A stretch of 64,000 bases of DNA, from positions 248,001 to 312,000 of the forward strand of contig OX337234.1 in the NCBI GenBank assembly GCA_946965045.2. The letters run 5' to 3'. The notes under the pieces are model-generated. The model was not told where the DNA came from. It searched no databases and saw only the letters and a program-made list of their open reading frames with translations. The position numbers were made by a program, and so were the translations under genes. Of the stretch, positions 9,490 through 21,032 are shown in pieces; the first letter of the stretch is position 1, and every line of letters begins with the position of its first letter. Source of the DNA: Epithemia pelagica (taxonomy: Eukaryota > Protista > Bacillariophyta).

Positions 9490-12400
9490 ATGAGTTCTGC
9501 AGCACAATTCACAGCGGCCAAGGCCATGGGGCCACAGTCGCAACGATACGGAAATCAGTACTCTTGTTGGCCAAAGAAGAGTTGGAAGAAGCGTTCAGGT
9601 TGGAGAAAGATGGACCTTTCGGTCATCTTTGAGTCCGACATTGACTGCCCCATCTGCAGGGCCAAGGCAAGAGGAATGGCCATCCCTCATCGCCCTCACC
9701 ACCCCAGATGTAGCAAAAACACAACAACAAGGGGCAAGGGAATGAACGATGGAAGAGGAGCAGAGGTAGTGGCCTCAGAAAAGGCCCAGGCTGCCCATGC
9801 CAAAGCAATCCGCAAGCAACTTACCAGTGCAGAGAGATTGTCCGCCTCCAATGTCACACAGGAGGCACTCAACACTTTCATGGAGCATCGTCCAAATTGC
9901 TCGTCGAAAAAAGCAACGACAAGAGACGCTGAAAATGAAAAAACACAATCAACTACGGAGACTACGGCAACGGAAAGTTCTACCGTTGGTGGCGAGGAAG
10001 GCGTGTATGTTCCAACAGCCGAAGATTTCAAGTTTGAGGTAATTATGCGTGTGACAGCAGTACCTACGGAGGTGCATGTCCCACGTGCTGTGCATGCGTT
10101 GGCGAGTTATGTGACCGACACGTGCCTTGGTTCTAAGCGTTGTGTTGAGAATTTGAAACCTTTCTTCACTAATATTACCGTTACTGTACCCCCCATTGCC
10201 GACAACACGAGTGCTTTGTACGACTCGATTGTGGGACAGGAACTCCTGGTTGTTGATTGGGAGCTGTTTTTCCCCAGTCACCACTTGCGTTGTCCTCGTT
10301 GCCGGGGTAATCTCCAGCGTACGCGATCGAACTTTTCAAAAAACAAGTCCCTTTTCCCCATTTTCGCCATATCTGGTCCCCCAAAGTATGCAATACTTAT
10401 GGGATACAAGTGTGCCGGGTGCTCGGCTGCCTTCTATGCGAATGATGGAGAATTGCTCGCACGACTGCCTCCCTACATGGCTATGTGTTACCCAGTGGAA
10501 TCCAAGTATGCTAGAGGAACATCGCATCTAGCTAAAGATGCTACGAGGATTATGGAAGCATCAATGGTAACCTATGGCAATGGGGATTACATCAGTCGGA
10601 TGCTATATGAAGGAATCAACACCTACTATGAAGACAAGACAATGAGATACTATTCTTATTGTGCTGCTACAGGAAAAGAATCAGAAGACTACGTGCAAAA
10701 GGATGGTGAGTTTCTGGTTCGCTACCCACCTTTAGGCGAGACAATCCGCCAGCTATATGATGATGGAGCTAGCTCCGAATGGCAACCCTGGATGGTGCCG
10801 GACAATGAGAGAAACACAAGAGAGATTCAAGGGGTTAGATGCCAGCACATGTTTGCTCACGACCACACCCACCAGGTAGTGAAAAATTATCCAAGACGCC
10901 TCAATGCAGCTGCAATGTGGACCATGGCAACAGAGGCAGGAGAAATTGCTTGTGCAGTGTTAGTGCACGACACATCAGCACTCGAGTTTGCACATGCTGC
11001 GGAACAAGTGCTGAGACGTACCGGGTTTTGCCCCAAGGCCATGTACTCTGACACATGGCCTTGTGGCAAGGATTTTTGGTTGTTGTTGGTTGATGACTTG
11101 GAGGGCCGTCTTGGCCTTTTCCATTTCATACAGAGGATCACCAAGACGCTCAGACAACGGCACATTGACTTTGGGATAGCCATGAAGGATTTGTTGGATG
11201 CAATCTACGAGTACCATCCTGAAGACTTGGAGAAACTTGTTGGTTCTTTGAAAAATGGAACCATGTCAAGCTCCAAGAAACAATACACAGACGAAGAGAT
11301 CAGTGAAATGATGGGAACAAAGACCTTTCGACAGAGGTACTCAAAGAACTTACGGAAGATTATTCGGGGTGGCGATACCATTGTCCTCAAGTTGGAGGAG
11401 TGGAAGTGCAAATACAAGTGCACTTCCACTCCTGGCAAGCCACCAGCACGAGGCCGATTGGATCCACACTCCAATCAACCTCTTTTTACGGCCGAAACAC
11501 ATCAAGCACTGGAAAACTGTAAAGAGAAGGCAAAGTTCCTTGCTGATCCCTTGCCCGTGGAGAAAATGTATCGTGAGATACCTCCATCACCAAGATCAAG
11601 CAACCAGCTGGTGGAGTACGTACCTTTGAGAGGAGAGAGTAAGCTCGAGAGCTTTCATGACAATTTGACGCATTTTGCCAACTGTGGCATGCGAGAAACT
11701 CTCGCAGATGCTTTGAATTTGGCAGGCACGGCCCAGTATAACAGGGCAGTTTGTCACAAGATGAGAATCATGACGAAGTCTCAAGAAGAACGTTCAGTGG
11801 TGCCTGCAGGATGGGAAATGGTGGTGAGTTTTGGTAACGCATGCAAAACAAACATGATCAATATACTTGCCTCGATGTCTGGAGCTTCTCGTCCTCCCTT
11901 TCCAGAGGTTGAGAAGCTTCCAGAAGATACAGGAGAACGGTTTTTCTCCGAGTACCTGGAAACGAGAAAAGAAATCACGCAACAAGTTCCAAAGCATCCA
12001 CTCAACGATCGATGCCAGTGCCGAAAATGTGCGAGCAACAAGAAGAGGTTGCCGCATGACACGTCCATTCCATTGTTGGGTTTGGCAGAGGAGGAGTCAG
12101 AGGTCGAAGATGAAATCCAACAACAGGACAGCGAGGAGAATCCAGCCAAAATACAACAACCAGAGACACAGCCAGAAACACAACAACAGACACGGCAAGA
12201 AACACAACAACAGACACAACAACAAGAAACAGCACAAGCACAGGCAATCAGTAGCAATAAGAGAAAGGAAAGAGAGCGAGAAGAAAAAGAGAGCGACGAT
12301 TTGGATGAGAACAACACCAGCAACAAAAAGCAAAAGGTTACAAACAACAGCGAAGCCTTACCAACAACAACGATGGCAGCAACAAATCAATCAGCAGCGA

Positions 12401-12822
12401 CAGTGCAGGATCAACAACAACAACACAAAGAGCCTCAAAATGCAGCAAACAGGACACCTGCAATGGCAACAACAGCAAATGGGTTGGTGGTACTGCAATC
12501 GACAACAACAACAACGACAACAAGACAGAAAAACCAACCTGTCAACCCGTACAAGCAAAATCAGCAACGGCCAACAACACTCCCCGATCAACAGCAATAC
12601 CCCTTTGCATTCAACAGCAATCCCCATGGCTGGGGTGGTCTTCAATCCGTCCCGAGATGTATGCCCACCTTTCCTCCCTTCGGACCACCACCTCGTGTCC
12701 AGACCCAGTTCTGTTGCGTCAAGTACATGAAGTACTGCGTAGAACGAGGGAAAGGACGTCCACCCCATGACCGACGCTGCCCCAAACGAGCCTTGAACAA
12801 GGCACCATCTTCATTCTCTTGA
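9490..12822 (+). CDS. 1110-aa zinc-finger/DDE transposase-like protein, copy 2
   Basis: Intact, near-identical copy of 5385-8717. Confidence 0.65.
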   Translation: MSSAAQFTAAKAMGPQSQRYGNQYSCWPKKSWKKRSGWRKMDLSVIFESDIDCPICRAKARGMAIPHRPHHPRCSKNTTTRGKGMNDGRGAEVVASEKAQAAHAKAIRKQLTSAERLSASNVTQEALNTFMEHRPNCSSKKATTRDAENEKTQSTTETTATESSTVGGEEGVYVPTAEDFKFEVIMRVTAVPTEVHVPRAVHALASYVTDTCLGSKRCVENLKPFFTNITVTVPPIADNTSALYDSIVGQELLVVDWELFFPSHHLRCPRCRGNLQRTRSNFSKNKSLFPIFAISGPPKYAILMGYKCAGCSAAFYANDGELLARLPPYMAMCYPVESKYARGTSHLAKDATRIMEASMVTYGNGDYISRMLYEGINTYYEDKTMRYYSYCAATGKESEDYVQKDGEFLVRYPPLGETIRQLYDDGASSEWQPWMVPDNERNTREIQGVRCQHMFAHDHTHQVVKNYPRRLNAAAMWTMATEAGEIACAVLVHDTSALEFAHAAEQVLRRTGFCPKAMYSDTWPCGKDFWLLLVDDLEGRLGLFHFIQRITKTLRQRHIDFGIAMKDLLDAIYEYHPEDLEKLVGSLKNGTMSSSKKQYTDEEISEMMGTKTFRQRYSKNLRKIIRGGDTIVLKLEEWKCKYKCTSTPGKPPARGRLDPHSNQPLFTAETHQALENCKEKAKFLADPLPVEKMYREIPPSPRSSNQLVEYVPLRGESKLESFHDNLTHFANCGMRETLADALNLAGTAQYNRAVCHKMRIMTKSQEERSVVPAGWEMVVSFGNACKTNMINILASMSGASRPPFPEVEKLPEDTGERFFSEYLETRKEITQQVPKHPLNDRCQCRKCASNKKRLPHDTSIPLLGLAEEESEVEDEIQQQDSEENPAKIQQPETQPETQQQTRQETQQQTQQQETAQAQAISSNKRKEREREEKESDDLDENNTSNKKQKVTNNSEALPTTTMAATNQSAATVQDQQQQHKEPQNAANRTPAMATTANGLVVLQSTTTTTTTRQKNQPVNPYKQNQQRPTTLPDQQQYPFAFNSNPHGWGGLQSVPRCMPTFPPFGPPPRVQTQFCCVKYMKYCVERGKGRPPHDRRCPKRALNKAPSSFS

Positions 12823-13505
12823 TTGACCTGAATACCTGCATGACAAACAACAAAAAGAAAAATTCGTAGTGAGTAACATCGTAGCAAAAAGAATTATGAC
12901 AAGATCTTGTGCGAGGTGCAAGCAGTTCCGATTGTGATGCGAAGCACAGACTGGATACGCCTCATCACATGCTACGTAGAACCACGTGAAAGGTCATCGG
13001 ATGGTCGGGAGGATTGTACCAGTGTAGAATGTCGTTTCAATAACAAAAAGGTGCTGAAACGACATGAAGGGCTTAATCGTTTTGGAGGGGAAGTGCCTTC
13101 TCCCCTCTGAGGGAAGCTTGGAGCTTCCTAGAACATTTCATACGTCAGAGGAAACAAACGTGAGACTGCGAGCAATACGCGGATCGATTTCATGAAGGAA
13201 TCTGACTTACGGAATCTCCTTCTTCTCTCCTTCTCTCTCCCCCTCCTCTCCCCCTCTCCTCTGCCTTCTCCCCCCTATTTTCGCTCGGGGGTGTTAGTTT
13301 CAAAAGGCAGCAATATGATTGGGTTAGAAATGTCGTTTCACAAAAAATCACTTAGGAAACAAATGTCGTTACAAGTGTCTTACCGTGTCCCGGGAACCCA
13401 TCGAATCACGGACAAAAAACATGAAGGGAAGATTCCATCAGCCGATCCGGTCGGTCCTTCACGGTCGCCCATGGCATGGCCAAGTCGACCATTGCGACAA
13501 GTCCT

Positions 13506-13545
13506 CTTCTGACCATCTCATGACCCTTTTGAGCATGGTCAGAAG
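13506..13545. repeat. Inverted repeat at array junction 2
   Basis: Identical to 9401-9440. Confidence 0.85.
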
Positions 13546-13594
13546 CCTGGAAAAGAGGATACACTTCAATAAGTTAGAATAACAAATAGAGATC

Positions 13595-16500
13595 ATGAGT
13601 TCTGCAGCACAATTCACAGCGGCCAAGGCCATGGGGCCACAGTCGCAACGATACGGAAATCAGTACTCTTGTTGGCCAAAGAAGAGTTGGAAGAAGCGTT
13701 CAGGTTGGAGAAAGATGGACCTTTCGGTCATCTTTGAGTCCGACATTGACTGCCCCATCTGCAGGGCCAAGGCAAGAGGAATGGCCATCCCTCATCGCCC
13801 TCACCACCCCAGATGTAGCAAAAACACAACAACAAGGGGCAAGGGAATGAACGATGGAAGAGGAGCAGAGGTAGTGGCCTCAGAAAAGGCCCAGGCTGAC
13901 CATGCCAAAGCAATCCGCAAGCAACTTACCAGTGCAGAGAGATTGTCCGCCTCCAATGTCACACAGGAGGCACTCAACACTTTCATGGAGCATCGTCCAA
14001 ATTGCTCGTCGAAAAAAGCAACGACAAGAGACGCTGAAAATGAAAAAACACAATCAACTACGGAGACTACGGCAACGGAAAGTTCTACCGTTGGTGGCGA
14101 GGAAGGCGTGTATGTTCCAACAGCCGAAGATTTCAAGTTTGAGGTAATTATGCGTGTGACAGCAGTACCTACGGAGGTGCATGTCCCACGTGCTGTGCAT
14201 GCGTTGGCGAGTTATGTGACCGACACGTGCCTTGGTTCTAAGCGTTGTGTTGAGAATTTGAAACCTTTCTTCACTAATATTACCGTTACTGTACCCCCCA
14301 TTGCCGACAACACGAGTGCTTTGTACGACTCGATTGTGGGACAGGAACTCCTGGTTGTTGATTGGGAGCTGTTTTTCCCCAGTCACCACTTGCGTTGTCC
14401 TCGTTGCCGGGGTAATCTCCAGCGTACGCGATCGAACTTTTCAAAAAACAAGTCCCTTTTCCCCATTTTCGCCATATCTGGTCCCCCAAAGTATGCAATA
14501 CTTATGGGATACAAGTGTGCCGGGTGCTCGGCTGCCTTCTATGCGAATGATGGAGAATTGCTCGCACGACTGCCTCCCTACATGGCTATGTGTTACCCAG
14601 TGGAATCCAAGTATGCTAGAGGAACATCGCATCTAGCTAAAGATGCTACGAGGATTATGGAAGCATCAATGGTAACCTATGGCAATGGGGATTACATCAG
14701 TCGGATGCTATATGAAGGAATCAACACCTACTATGAAGACAAGACAATGAGATACTATTCTTATTGTGCTGCTACAGGAAAAGAATCAGAAGACTACGTG
14801 CAAAAGGATGGTGAGTTTCTGGTTCGCTACCCACCTTTAGGCGAGACAATCCGCCAGCTATATGATGATGGAGCTAGCTCCGAATGGCAACCCTGGATGG
14901 TGCCGGACAATGAGAGAAACACAAGAGAGATTCAAGGGGTTAGATGCCAGCACATGTTTGCTCACGACCACACCCACCAGGTAGTGAAAAATTATCCAAG
15001 ACGCCTCAATGCAGCTGCAATGTGGACCATGGCAACAGAGGCAGGAGAAATTGCTTGTGCAGTGTTAGTGCACGACACATCAGCACTCGAGTTTGCACAT
15101 GCTGCGGAACAAGTGCTGAGACGTACCGGGTTTTGCCCCAAGGCCATGTACTCTGACACATGGCCTTGTGGCAAGGATTTTTGGTTGTTGTTGGTTGATG
15201 ACTTGGAGGGCCGTCTTGGCCTTTTCCATTTCATACAGAGGATCACCAAGACGCTCAGACAACGGCACATTGACTTTGGGATAGCCATGAAGGATTTGTT
15301 GGATGCAATCTACGAGTACCATCCTGAAGACTTGGAGAAACTTGTTGGTTCTTTGAAAAATGGAACCATGTCAAGCTCCAAGAAACAATACACAGACGAA
15401 GAGATCAGTGAAATGATGGGAACAAAGACCTTTCGACAGAGGTACTCAAAGAACTTACGGAAGATTATTCGGGGTGGCGATACCATTGTCCTCAAGTTGG
15501 AGGAGTGGAAGTGCAAATACAAGTGCACTTCCACTCCTGGCAAGCCACCAGCACGAGGCCGATTGGATCCACACTCCAATCAACCTCTTTTTACGGCCGA
15601 AACACATCAAGCACTGGAAAACTGTAAAGAGAAGGCAAAGTTCCTTGCTGATCCCTTGCCCGTGGAGAAAATGTATCGTGAGATACCTCCATCACCAAGA
15701 TCAAGCAACCAGCTGGTGGAGTACGTACCTTTGAGAGGAGAGAGTAAGCTCGAGAGCTTTCATGACAATTTGACGCATTTTGCCAACTGTGGCATGCGAG
15801 AAACTCTCGCAGATGCTTTGAATTTGGCAGGCACGGCCCAGTATAACAGGGCAGTTTGTCACAAGATGAGAATCATGACGAAGTCTCAAGAAGAACGTTC
15901 AGTGGTGCCTGCAGGATGGGAAATGGTGGTGAGTTTTGGTAACGCATGCAAAACAAACATGATCAATATACTTGCCTCGATGTCTGGAGCTTCTCGTCCT
16001 CCCTTTCCAGAGGTTGAGAAGCTTCCAGAAGATACAGGAGAACGGTTTTTCTCCGAGTACCTGGAAACGAGAAAAGAAATCACGCAACAAGTTCCAAAGC
16101 ATCCACTCAACGATCGATGCCAGTGCCGAAAATGTGCGAGCAACAAGAAGAGGTTGCCGCATGACACGTCCATTCCATTGTTGGGTTTGGCAGAGGAGGA
16201 GTCAGAGGTCGAAGATGAAATCCAACAACAGGACAGCGAGGAGAATCCAGCCAAAATACAACAACCAGAGACACAGCCAGAAACACAACAACAGACACGG
16301 CAAGAAACACAACAACAGACACAACAACAAGAAACAGCACAAGCACAGGCAATCAGTAGCAATAAGAGAAAGGAAAGAGAGCGAGAAGAAAAAGAGAGCG
16401 ACGATTTGGATGAGAACAACACCAGCAACAAAAAGCAAAAGGTTACAAACAACAGCGAAGCCTTACCAACAACAACGATGGCAGCAACAAATCAATCAGC

Positions 16501-16927
16501 AGCGACAGTGCAGGATCAACAACAACAACACAAAGAGCCTCAAAATGCAGCAAACAGGACACCTGCAATGGCAACAACAGCAAATGGGTTGGTGGTACTG
16601 CAATCGACAGCAACAACAACGACAACAAGACAGAAAAACCAACCTGTCAACCCGTACAAGCAAAATCAGCAACGGCCAACAACACTCCCCGATCAACAGC
16701 AATACCCCTTTGCATTCAACAGCAATCCCCATGGCTGGGGTGGTCTTCAATCCGTCCCGAGATGTATGCCCACCTTTCCTCCCTTCGGACCACCACCTCG
16801 TGTCCAGACCCAGTTCTGTTGCGTCAAGTACATGAAGTACTGCGTAGAACGAGGGAAAGGACGTCCACCCCATGACCGACGCTGCCCCAAACGAGCCTTG
16901 AACAAGGCACCATCTTCATTCTCTTGA
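13595..16927 (+). CDS. 1110-aa zinc-finger/DDE transposase-like protein, copy 3
   Basis: Intact copy with private changes AQADHAK and QSTATT. Confidence 0.65.
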   Translation: MSSAAQFTAAKAMGPQSQRYGNQYSCWPKKSWKKRSGWRKMDLSVIFESDIDCPICRAKARGMAIPHRPHHPRCSKNTTTRGKGMNDGRGAEVVASEKAQADHAKAIRKQLTSAERLSASNVTQEALNTFMEHRPNCSSKKATTRDAENEKTQSTTETTATESSTVGGEEGVYVPTAEDFKFEVIMRVTAVPTEVHVPRAVHALASYVTDTCLGSKRCVENLKPFFTNITVTVPPIADNTSALYDSIVGQELLVVDWELFFPSHHLRCPRCRGNLQRTRSNFSKNKSLFPIFAISGPPKYAILMGYKCAGCSAAFYANDGELLARLPPYMAMCYPVESKYARGTSHLAKDATRIMEASMVTYGNGDYISRMLYEGINTYYEDKTMRYYSYCAATGKESEDYVQKDGEFLVRYPPLGETIRQLYDDGASSEWQPWMVPDNERNTREIQGVRCQHMFAHDHTHQVVKNYPRRLNAAAMWTMATEAGEIACAVLVHDTSALEFAHAAEQVLRRTGFCPKAMYSDTWPCGKDFWLLLVDDLEGRLGLFHFIQRITKTLRQRHIDFGIAMKDLLDAIYEYHPEDLEKLVGSLKNGTMSSSKKQYTDEEISEMMGTKTFRQRYSKNLRKIIRGGDTIVLKLEEWKCKYKCTSTPGKPPARGRLDPHSNQPLFTAETHQALENCKEKAKFLADPLPVEKMYREIPPSPRSSNQLVEYVPLRGESKLESFHDNLTHFANCGMRETLADALNLAGTAQYNRAVCHKMRIMTKSQEERSVVPAGWEMVVSFGNACKTNMINILASMSGASRPPFPEVEKLPEDTGERFFSEYLETRKEITQQVPKHPLNDRCQCRKCASNKKRLPHDTSIPLLGLAEEESEVEDEIQQQDSEENPAKIQQPETQPETQQQTRQETQQQTQQQETAQAQAISSNKRKEREREEKESDDLDENNTSNKKQKVTNNSEALPTTTMAATNQSAATVQDQQQQHKEPQNAANRTPAMATTANGLVVLQSTATTTTTRQKNQPVNPYKQNQQRPTTLPDQQQYPFAFNSNPHGWGGLQSVPRCMPTFPPFGPPPRVQTQFCCVKYMKYCVERGKGRPPHDRRCPKRALNKAPSSFS

Positions 16928-17610
16928 TTGACCTGAATACCTGCATGACAAACAACAAAAAGAAAAATTCGTAGTGAGTAACATCGTAGCAAAAAGAATT
17001 ATGACAAGATCTTGTGCGAGGTGCAAGCAGTTCCGATTGTGATGCGAAGCACAGACTGGATACGCCTCATCACATGCTACGTAGAACCACGTGAAAGGTC
17101 ATCGGATGGTCGGGAGGATTGTACCAGTGTAGAATGTCGTTTCAATAACAAAAAGGTGCTGAAACGACATGAAGGGCTTAATCGTTTTGGAGGGGAAGTG
17201 CCTTCTCCCCTCTGAGGGAAGCTTGGAGCTTCCTAGAACATTTCATACGTCAGAGGAAACAAACGTGAGACTGCGAGCAATACGCGGATCGATTTCATGA
17301 AGGAATCTGACTTACGGAATCTCCTTCTTCTCTCCTTCTCTCTCCCCCTCCTCTCCCCCTCTCCTCTGCCTTCTCCCCCCTATTTTCGCTCGGGGGTGTT
17401 AGTTTCAAAAGGCAGCAATATGATTGGGTTAGAAATGTCGTTTCACAAAAAATCACTTAGGAAACAAATGTCGTTACAAGTGTCTTACCGTGTCCCGGGA
17501 ACCCATCGAATCACGGACAAAAAACATGGAGGGAAGATTCCATCAGCCGATCCGGTCGGTCCTTCACGGTCGCCCATGGCATGGCCAAGTCGACCATTGC
17601 GACAAGTCCT

Positions 17611-17650
17611 CTTCTGACCATCTCATGACCCTTTTGAGCATGGTCAGAAG
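17611..17650. repeat. Inverted repeat at array junction 3
   Basis: Identical to 9401-9440. Confidence 0.85.
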
Positions 17651-17699
17651 CCTGGAAAAGAGGATACACTTCAATAAGTTAGAATAACAAATAGAGATC

Positions 17700-20600
17700 A
17701 TGAGTTCTGCAGCACAATTCACAGCGGCCAAGGCCATGGGGCCACAGTCGCAACGATACGGAAATCAGTACTCTCGTTGGCCAAAGAAGAGTTGGAAGAA
17801 GCGTTCAGGTTGGAGAAAGATGGACCTTTCGGTCATCTTTGAGTCCGACATTGACTGCCCCATCTGCAGGGCCAAGGCAAGAGGAATGGCCATCCCTCAT
17901 CGCCCTCACCACCCCAGATGTAGCAAAAACACAACAACAAGGGGCAAGGGAATGAACGATGGAAGAGGAGCAGAGGTAGTGGCCTCAGAAAAGGCCCAGG
18001 CTGCCCATGCCAAAGCAATCCGCAAGCAACTTACCAGTGCAGAGAGATTGTCCGCCTCCAATGTCACACAGGAGGCACTCAACACTTTCATGGAGCATCG
18101 TCCAAATTGCTCGTCGAAAAAAGCAACGACAAGAGACGCTGAAAATGAAAAAACACAATCAACTACGGAGACTACGGCAACGGAAAGTTCTACCGTTGGT
18201 GGCGAGGAAGGCGTGTATGTTCCAACAGCCGAAGATTTCAAGTTTGAGGTAATTATGCGTGTGACAGCAGTACCTACGGAGGTGCATGTCCCACGTGCTG
18301 TGCATGCGTTGGCGAGTTATGTGACCGACACGTGCCTTGGTTCTAAGCGTTGTGTTGAGAATTTGAAACCTTTCTTCACTAATATTACCGTTACTGTACC
18401 CCCCATTGCCGACAACACGAGTGCTTTGTACGACTCGATTGTGGGACAGGAACTCCTGGTTGTTGATTGGGAGCTGTTTTTCCCCAGTCACCACTTGCGT
18501 TGTCCTCGTTGCCGGGGTAATCTCCAGCGTACGCGATCGAACTTTTCAAAAAACAAGTCCCTTTTCCCCATTTTCGCCATATCTGGTCCCCCAAAGTATG
18601 CAATACTTATGGGATACAAGTGTGCCGGGTGCTCGGCTGCCTTCTATGCGAATGATGGAGAATTGCTCGCACGACTGCCTCCCTACATGGCTATGTGTTA
18701 CCCAGTGGAATCCAAGTATGCTAGAGGAACATCGCATCTAGCTAAAGATGCTACGAGGATTATGGAAGCATCAATGGTAACCTATGGCAATGGGGATTAC
18801 ATCAGTCGGATGCTATATGAAGGAATCAACACCTACTATGAAGACAAGACAATGAGATACTATTCTTATTGTGCTGCTACAGGAAAAGAATCAGAAGACT
18901 ACGTGCAAAAGGATGGTGAGTTTCTGGCTCGCTACCCACCTTTAGGCGAGACAATCCGCCAGCTATATGATGATGGAGCTAGCTCCGAATGGCAACCCTG
19001 GATGGTGTCGGACAATGAGAGAAACACAAGAGAGATTCAAGGGGTTAGATGCCAGCACATGTTTGCTCACGACCACACCCACCAGGTAGTGAAAAATTAT
19101 CCAAGACGCCTCAATGCAGCTGCAATGTGGACCATGGCAACAGAGGCAGGAGAAATTGCTTGTGCAGTGTTAGTGCACGACACATCAGCACTCGAGTTTG
19201 CACATGCTGCGGAACAAGTGCTGAGACGTACCGGGTTTTGCCCCAAGGCCATGTACTCTGACACATGGCCTTGTGGCAAGGATTTTTGGTTGTTGTTGGT
19301 TGATGACTTGGAGGGCCGTCTTGGCCTTTTCCATTTCATACAGAGGATCACCAAGACGCTCAGACAACGGCACATTGACTTTGGGATAGCCATGAAGGAT
19401 TTGTTGGATGCAATCTACGAGTACCATCCTGAAGACTTGGAGAAACTTGTTGGTTCTTTGAAAAATGGAACCATGTCAAGCTCCAAGAAACAATACACAG
19501 ACGAAGAGATCAGTGAAATGATGGGAACAAAGACCTTTCGACAGAGGTACTCAAAGAACTTACGGAAGATTATTCGGGGTGGCGATACCATTGTCCTCAA
19601 GTTGGAGGAGTGGAAGTGCAAATACAAGTGCACTTCCACTCCTGGCAAGCCACCAGCACGAGGCCGATTGGATCCACACTCCAATCAACCTCTTTTTACG
19701 GCCGAAACACATCAAGCACTGGAAAACTGTAAAGAGAAGGCAAAGTTCCTTGCTGATCCCTTGCCCGTGGAGAAAATGTATCGTGAGATACCTCCATCAC
19801 CAAGATCAAGCAACCAGCTGGTGGAGTACGTACCTTTGAGAGGAGAGAGTAAGCTCGAGAGCTTTCATGACAATTTGACGCATTTTGCCAACTGTGGCAT
19901 GCGAGAAACTCTCGCAGATGCTTTGAATTTGGCAGGCACGGCCCAGTATAACAGGGCAATTCGTCACAAGATGAGAATCATGACGAAGTCTCAAGAAGAA
20001 CGTTCAGTGGTGCCTGCAGGATGGGAAATGGTGGTGAGTTTTGGTAACGCATGCAAAACAAACATGATCAATATACTTGCCTCGATGTCTGGAGCTTCTC
20101 GTCCTCCCTTTCCAGAGGTTGAGAAGCTTCCAGAAGATACGGGAGAACGGTTTTTCTCCGAGTACCTGGAAACGAGAAAAGAAATCACGCAACAAGTTCC
20201 AAAGCATCCACTCAACGATCGATGCCAGTGCCGAAAATGTGCGAGCAACAAGAAGAGGTTGCCGCATGACACGTCCATTCCATTGTTGGGTTTGGCAGAG
20301 GAGGAGTCAGAGGTCGAAGATGAAATCCAACAACAGGACAGCGAGGAGAATCCAGCCAAAATACAACAACCACAGACACAGCCAGAAACACAACAACAGA
20401 CACGGCAAGAAACACAACAACAGACACAACAACAAGAAACAGCACAAGCACAGGCAATCAGTAGCAATAAGAGAAAGGAAAGAGAGCGAGAAGAAAAAGA
20501 GAGCGACGATTTGGATGAGAACAACACCAGCAACAAAAAGCAAAAGGTTACAAACAACAGCGAAGCCTTACCAACAACAACGATGGCAGCAACAAATCAA

Positions 20601-21032
20601 TCAGCAGCGACAGTGCAGGATCAACAACAACAACACAAAGAGCCTCAAAATGCAGCAAACAGGACACCTGCAATGGCAACAACAGCAAATGGGTTGGTGG
20701 TACTGCAATCGACAACAACAACAACGACAACAAGACAGAAAAACCAACCTGTCAACCCGTACAAGCAAAATCAGCAACGGCCAACAACACTCCCCGATCA
20801 ACAGCAATACCCCTTTGCATTCAACAGCAATCCCCATGGCTGGGGTGGTCTTCAATCCGTCCCGAGATGTATGCCCACCTTTCCTCCCTTCGGACCACCA
20901 CCTCGTGTCCAGACCCAGTTCTGTTGCGTCAAGTACATGAAGTACTGCGTAGAACGAGGGAAAGGACGTCCACCCCATGACCGACGCTGCCCCAAACGAG
21001 CCTTGAACAAGGCACCATCTTCATTCTCTTGA
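17700..21032 (+). CDS. 1110-aa zinc-finger/DDE transposase-like protein, copy 4
   Basis: Intact copy with private changes EFLARY, RAIRHK and QPQTQ. Confidence 0.65.
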   Translation: MSSAAQFTAAKAMGPQSQRYGNQYSRWPKKSWKKRSGWRKMDLSVIFESDIDCPICRAKARGMAIPHRPHHPRCSKNTTTRGKGMNDGRGAEVVASEKAQAAHAKAIRKQLTSAERLSASNVTQEALNTFMEHRPNCSSKKATTRDAENEKTQSTTETTATESSTVGGEEGVYVPTAEDFKFEVIMRVTAVPTEVHVPRAVHALASYVTDTCLGSKRCVENLKPFFTNITVTVPPIADNTSALYDSIVGQELLVVDWELFFPSHHLRCPRCRGNLQRTRSNFSKNKSLFPIFAISGPPKYAILMGYKCAGCSAAFYANDGELLARLPPYMAMCYPVESKYARGTSHLAKDATRIMEASMVTYGNGDYISRMLYEGINTYYEDKTMRYYSYCAATGKESEDYVQKDGEFLARYPPLGETIRQLYDDGASSEWQPWMVSDNERNTREIQGVRCQHMFAHDHTHQVVKNYPRRLNAAAMWTMATEAGEIACAVLVHDTSALEFAHAAEQVLRRTGFCPKAMYSDTWPCGKDFWLLLVDDLEGRLGLFHFIQRITKTLRQRHIDFGIAMKDLLDAIYEYHPEDLEKLVGSLKNGTMSSSKKQYTDEEISEMMGTKTFRQRYSKNLRKIIRGGDTIVLKLEEWKCKYKCTSTPGKPPARGRLDPHSNQPLFTAETHQALENCKEKAKFLADPLPVEKMYREIPPSPRSSNQLVEYVPLRGESKLESFHDNLTHFANCGMRETLADALNLAGTAQYNRAIRHKMRIMTKSQEERSVVPAGWEMVVSFGNACKTNMINILASMSGASRPPFPEVEKLPEDTGERFFSEYLETRKEITQQVPKHPLNDRCQCRKCASNKKRLPHDTSIPLLGLAEEESEVEDEIQQQDSEENPAKIQQPQTQPETQQQTRQETQQQTQQQETAQAQAISSNKRKEREREEKESDDLDENNTSNKKQKVTNNSEALPTTTMAATNQSAATVQDQQQQHKEPQNAANRTPAMATTANGLVVLQSTTTTTTTRQKNQPVNPYKQNQQRPTTLPDQQQYPFAFNSNPHGWGGLQSVPRCMPTFPPFGPPPRVQTQFCCVKYMKYCVERGKGRPPHDRRCPKRALNKAPSSFS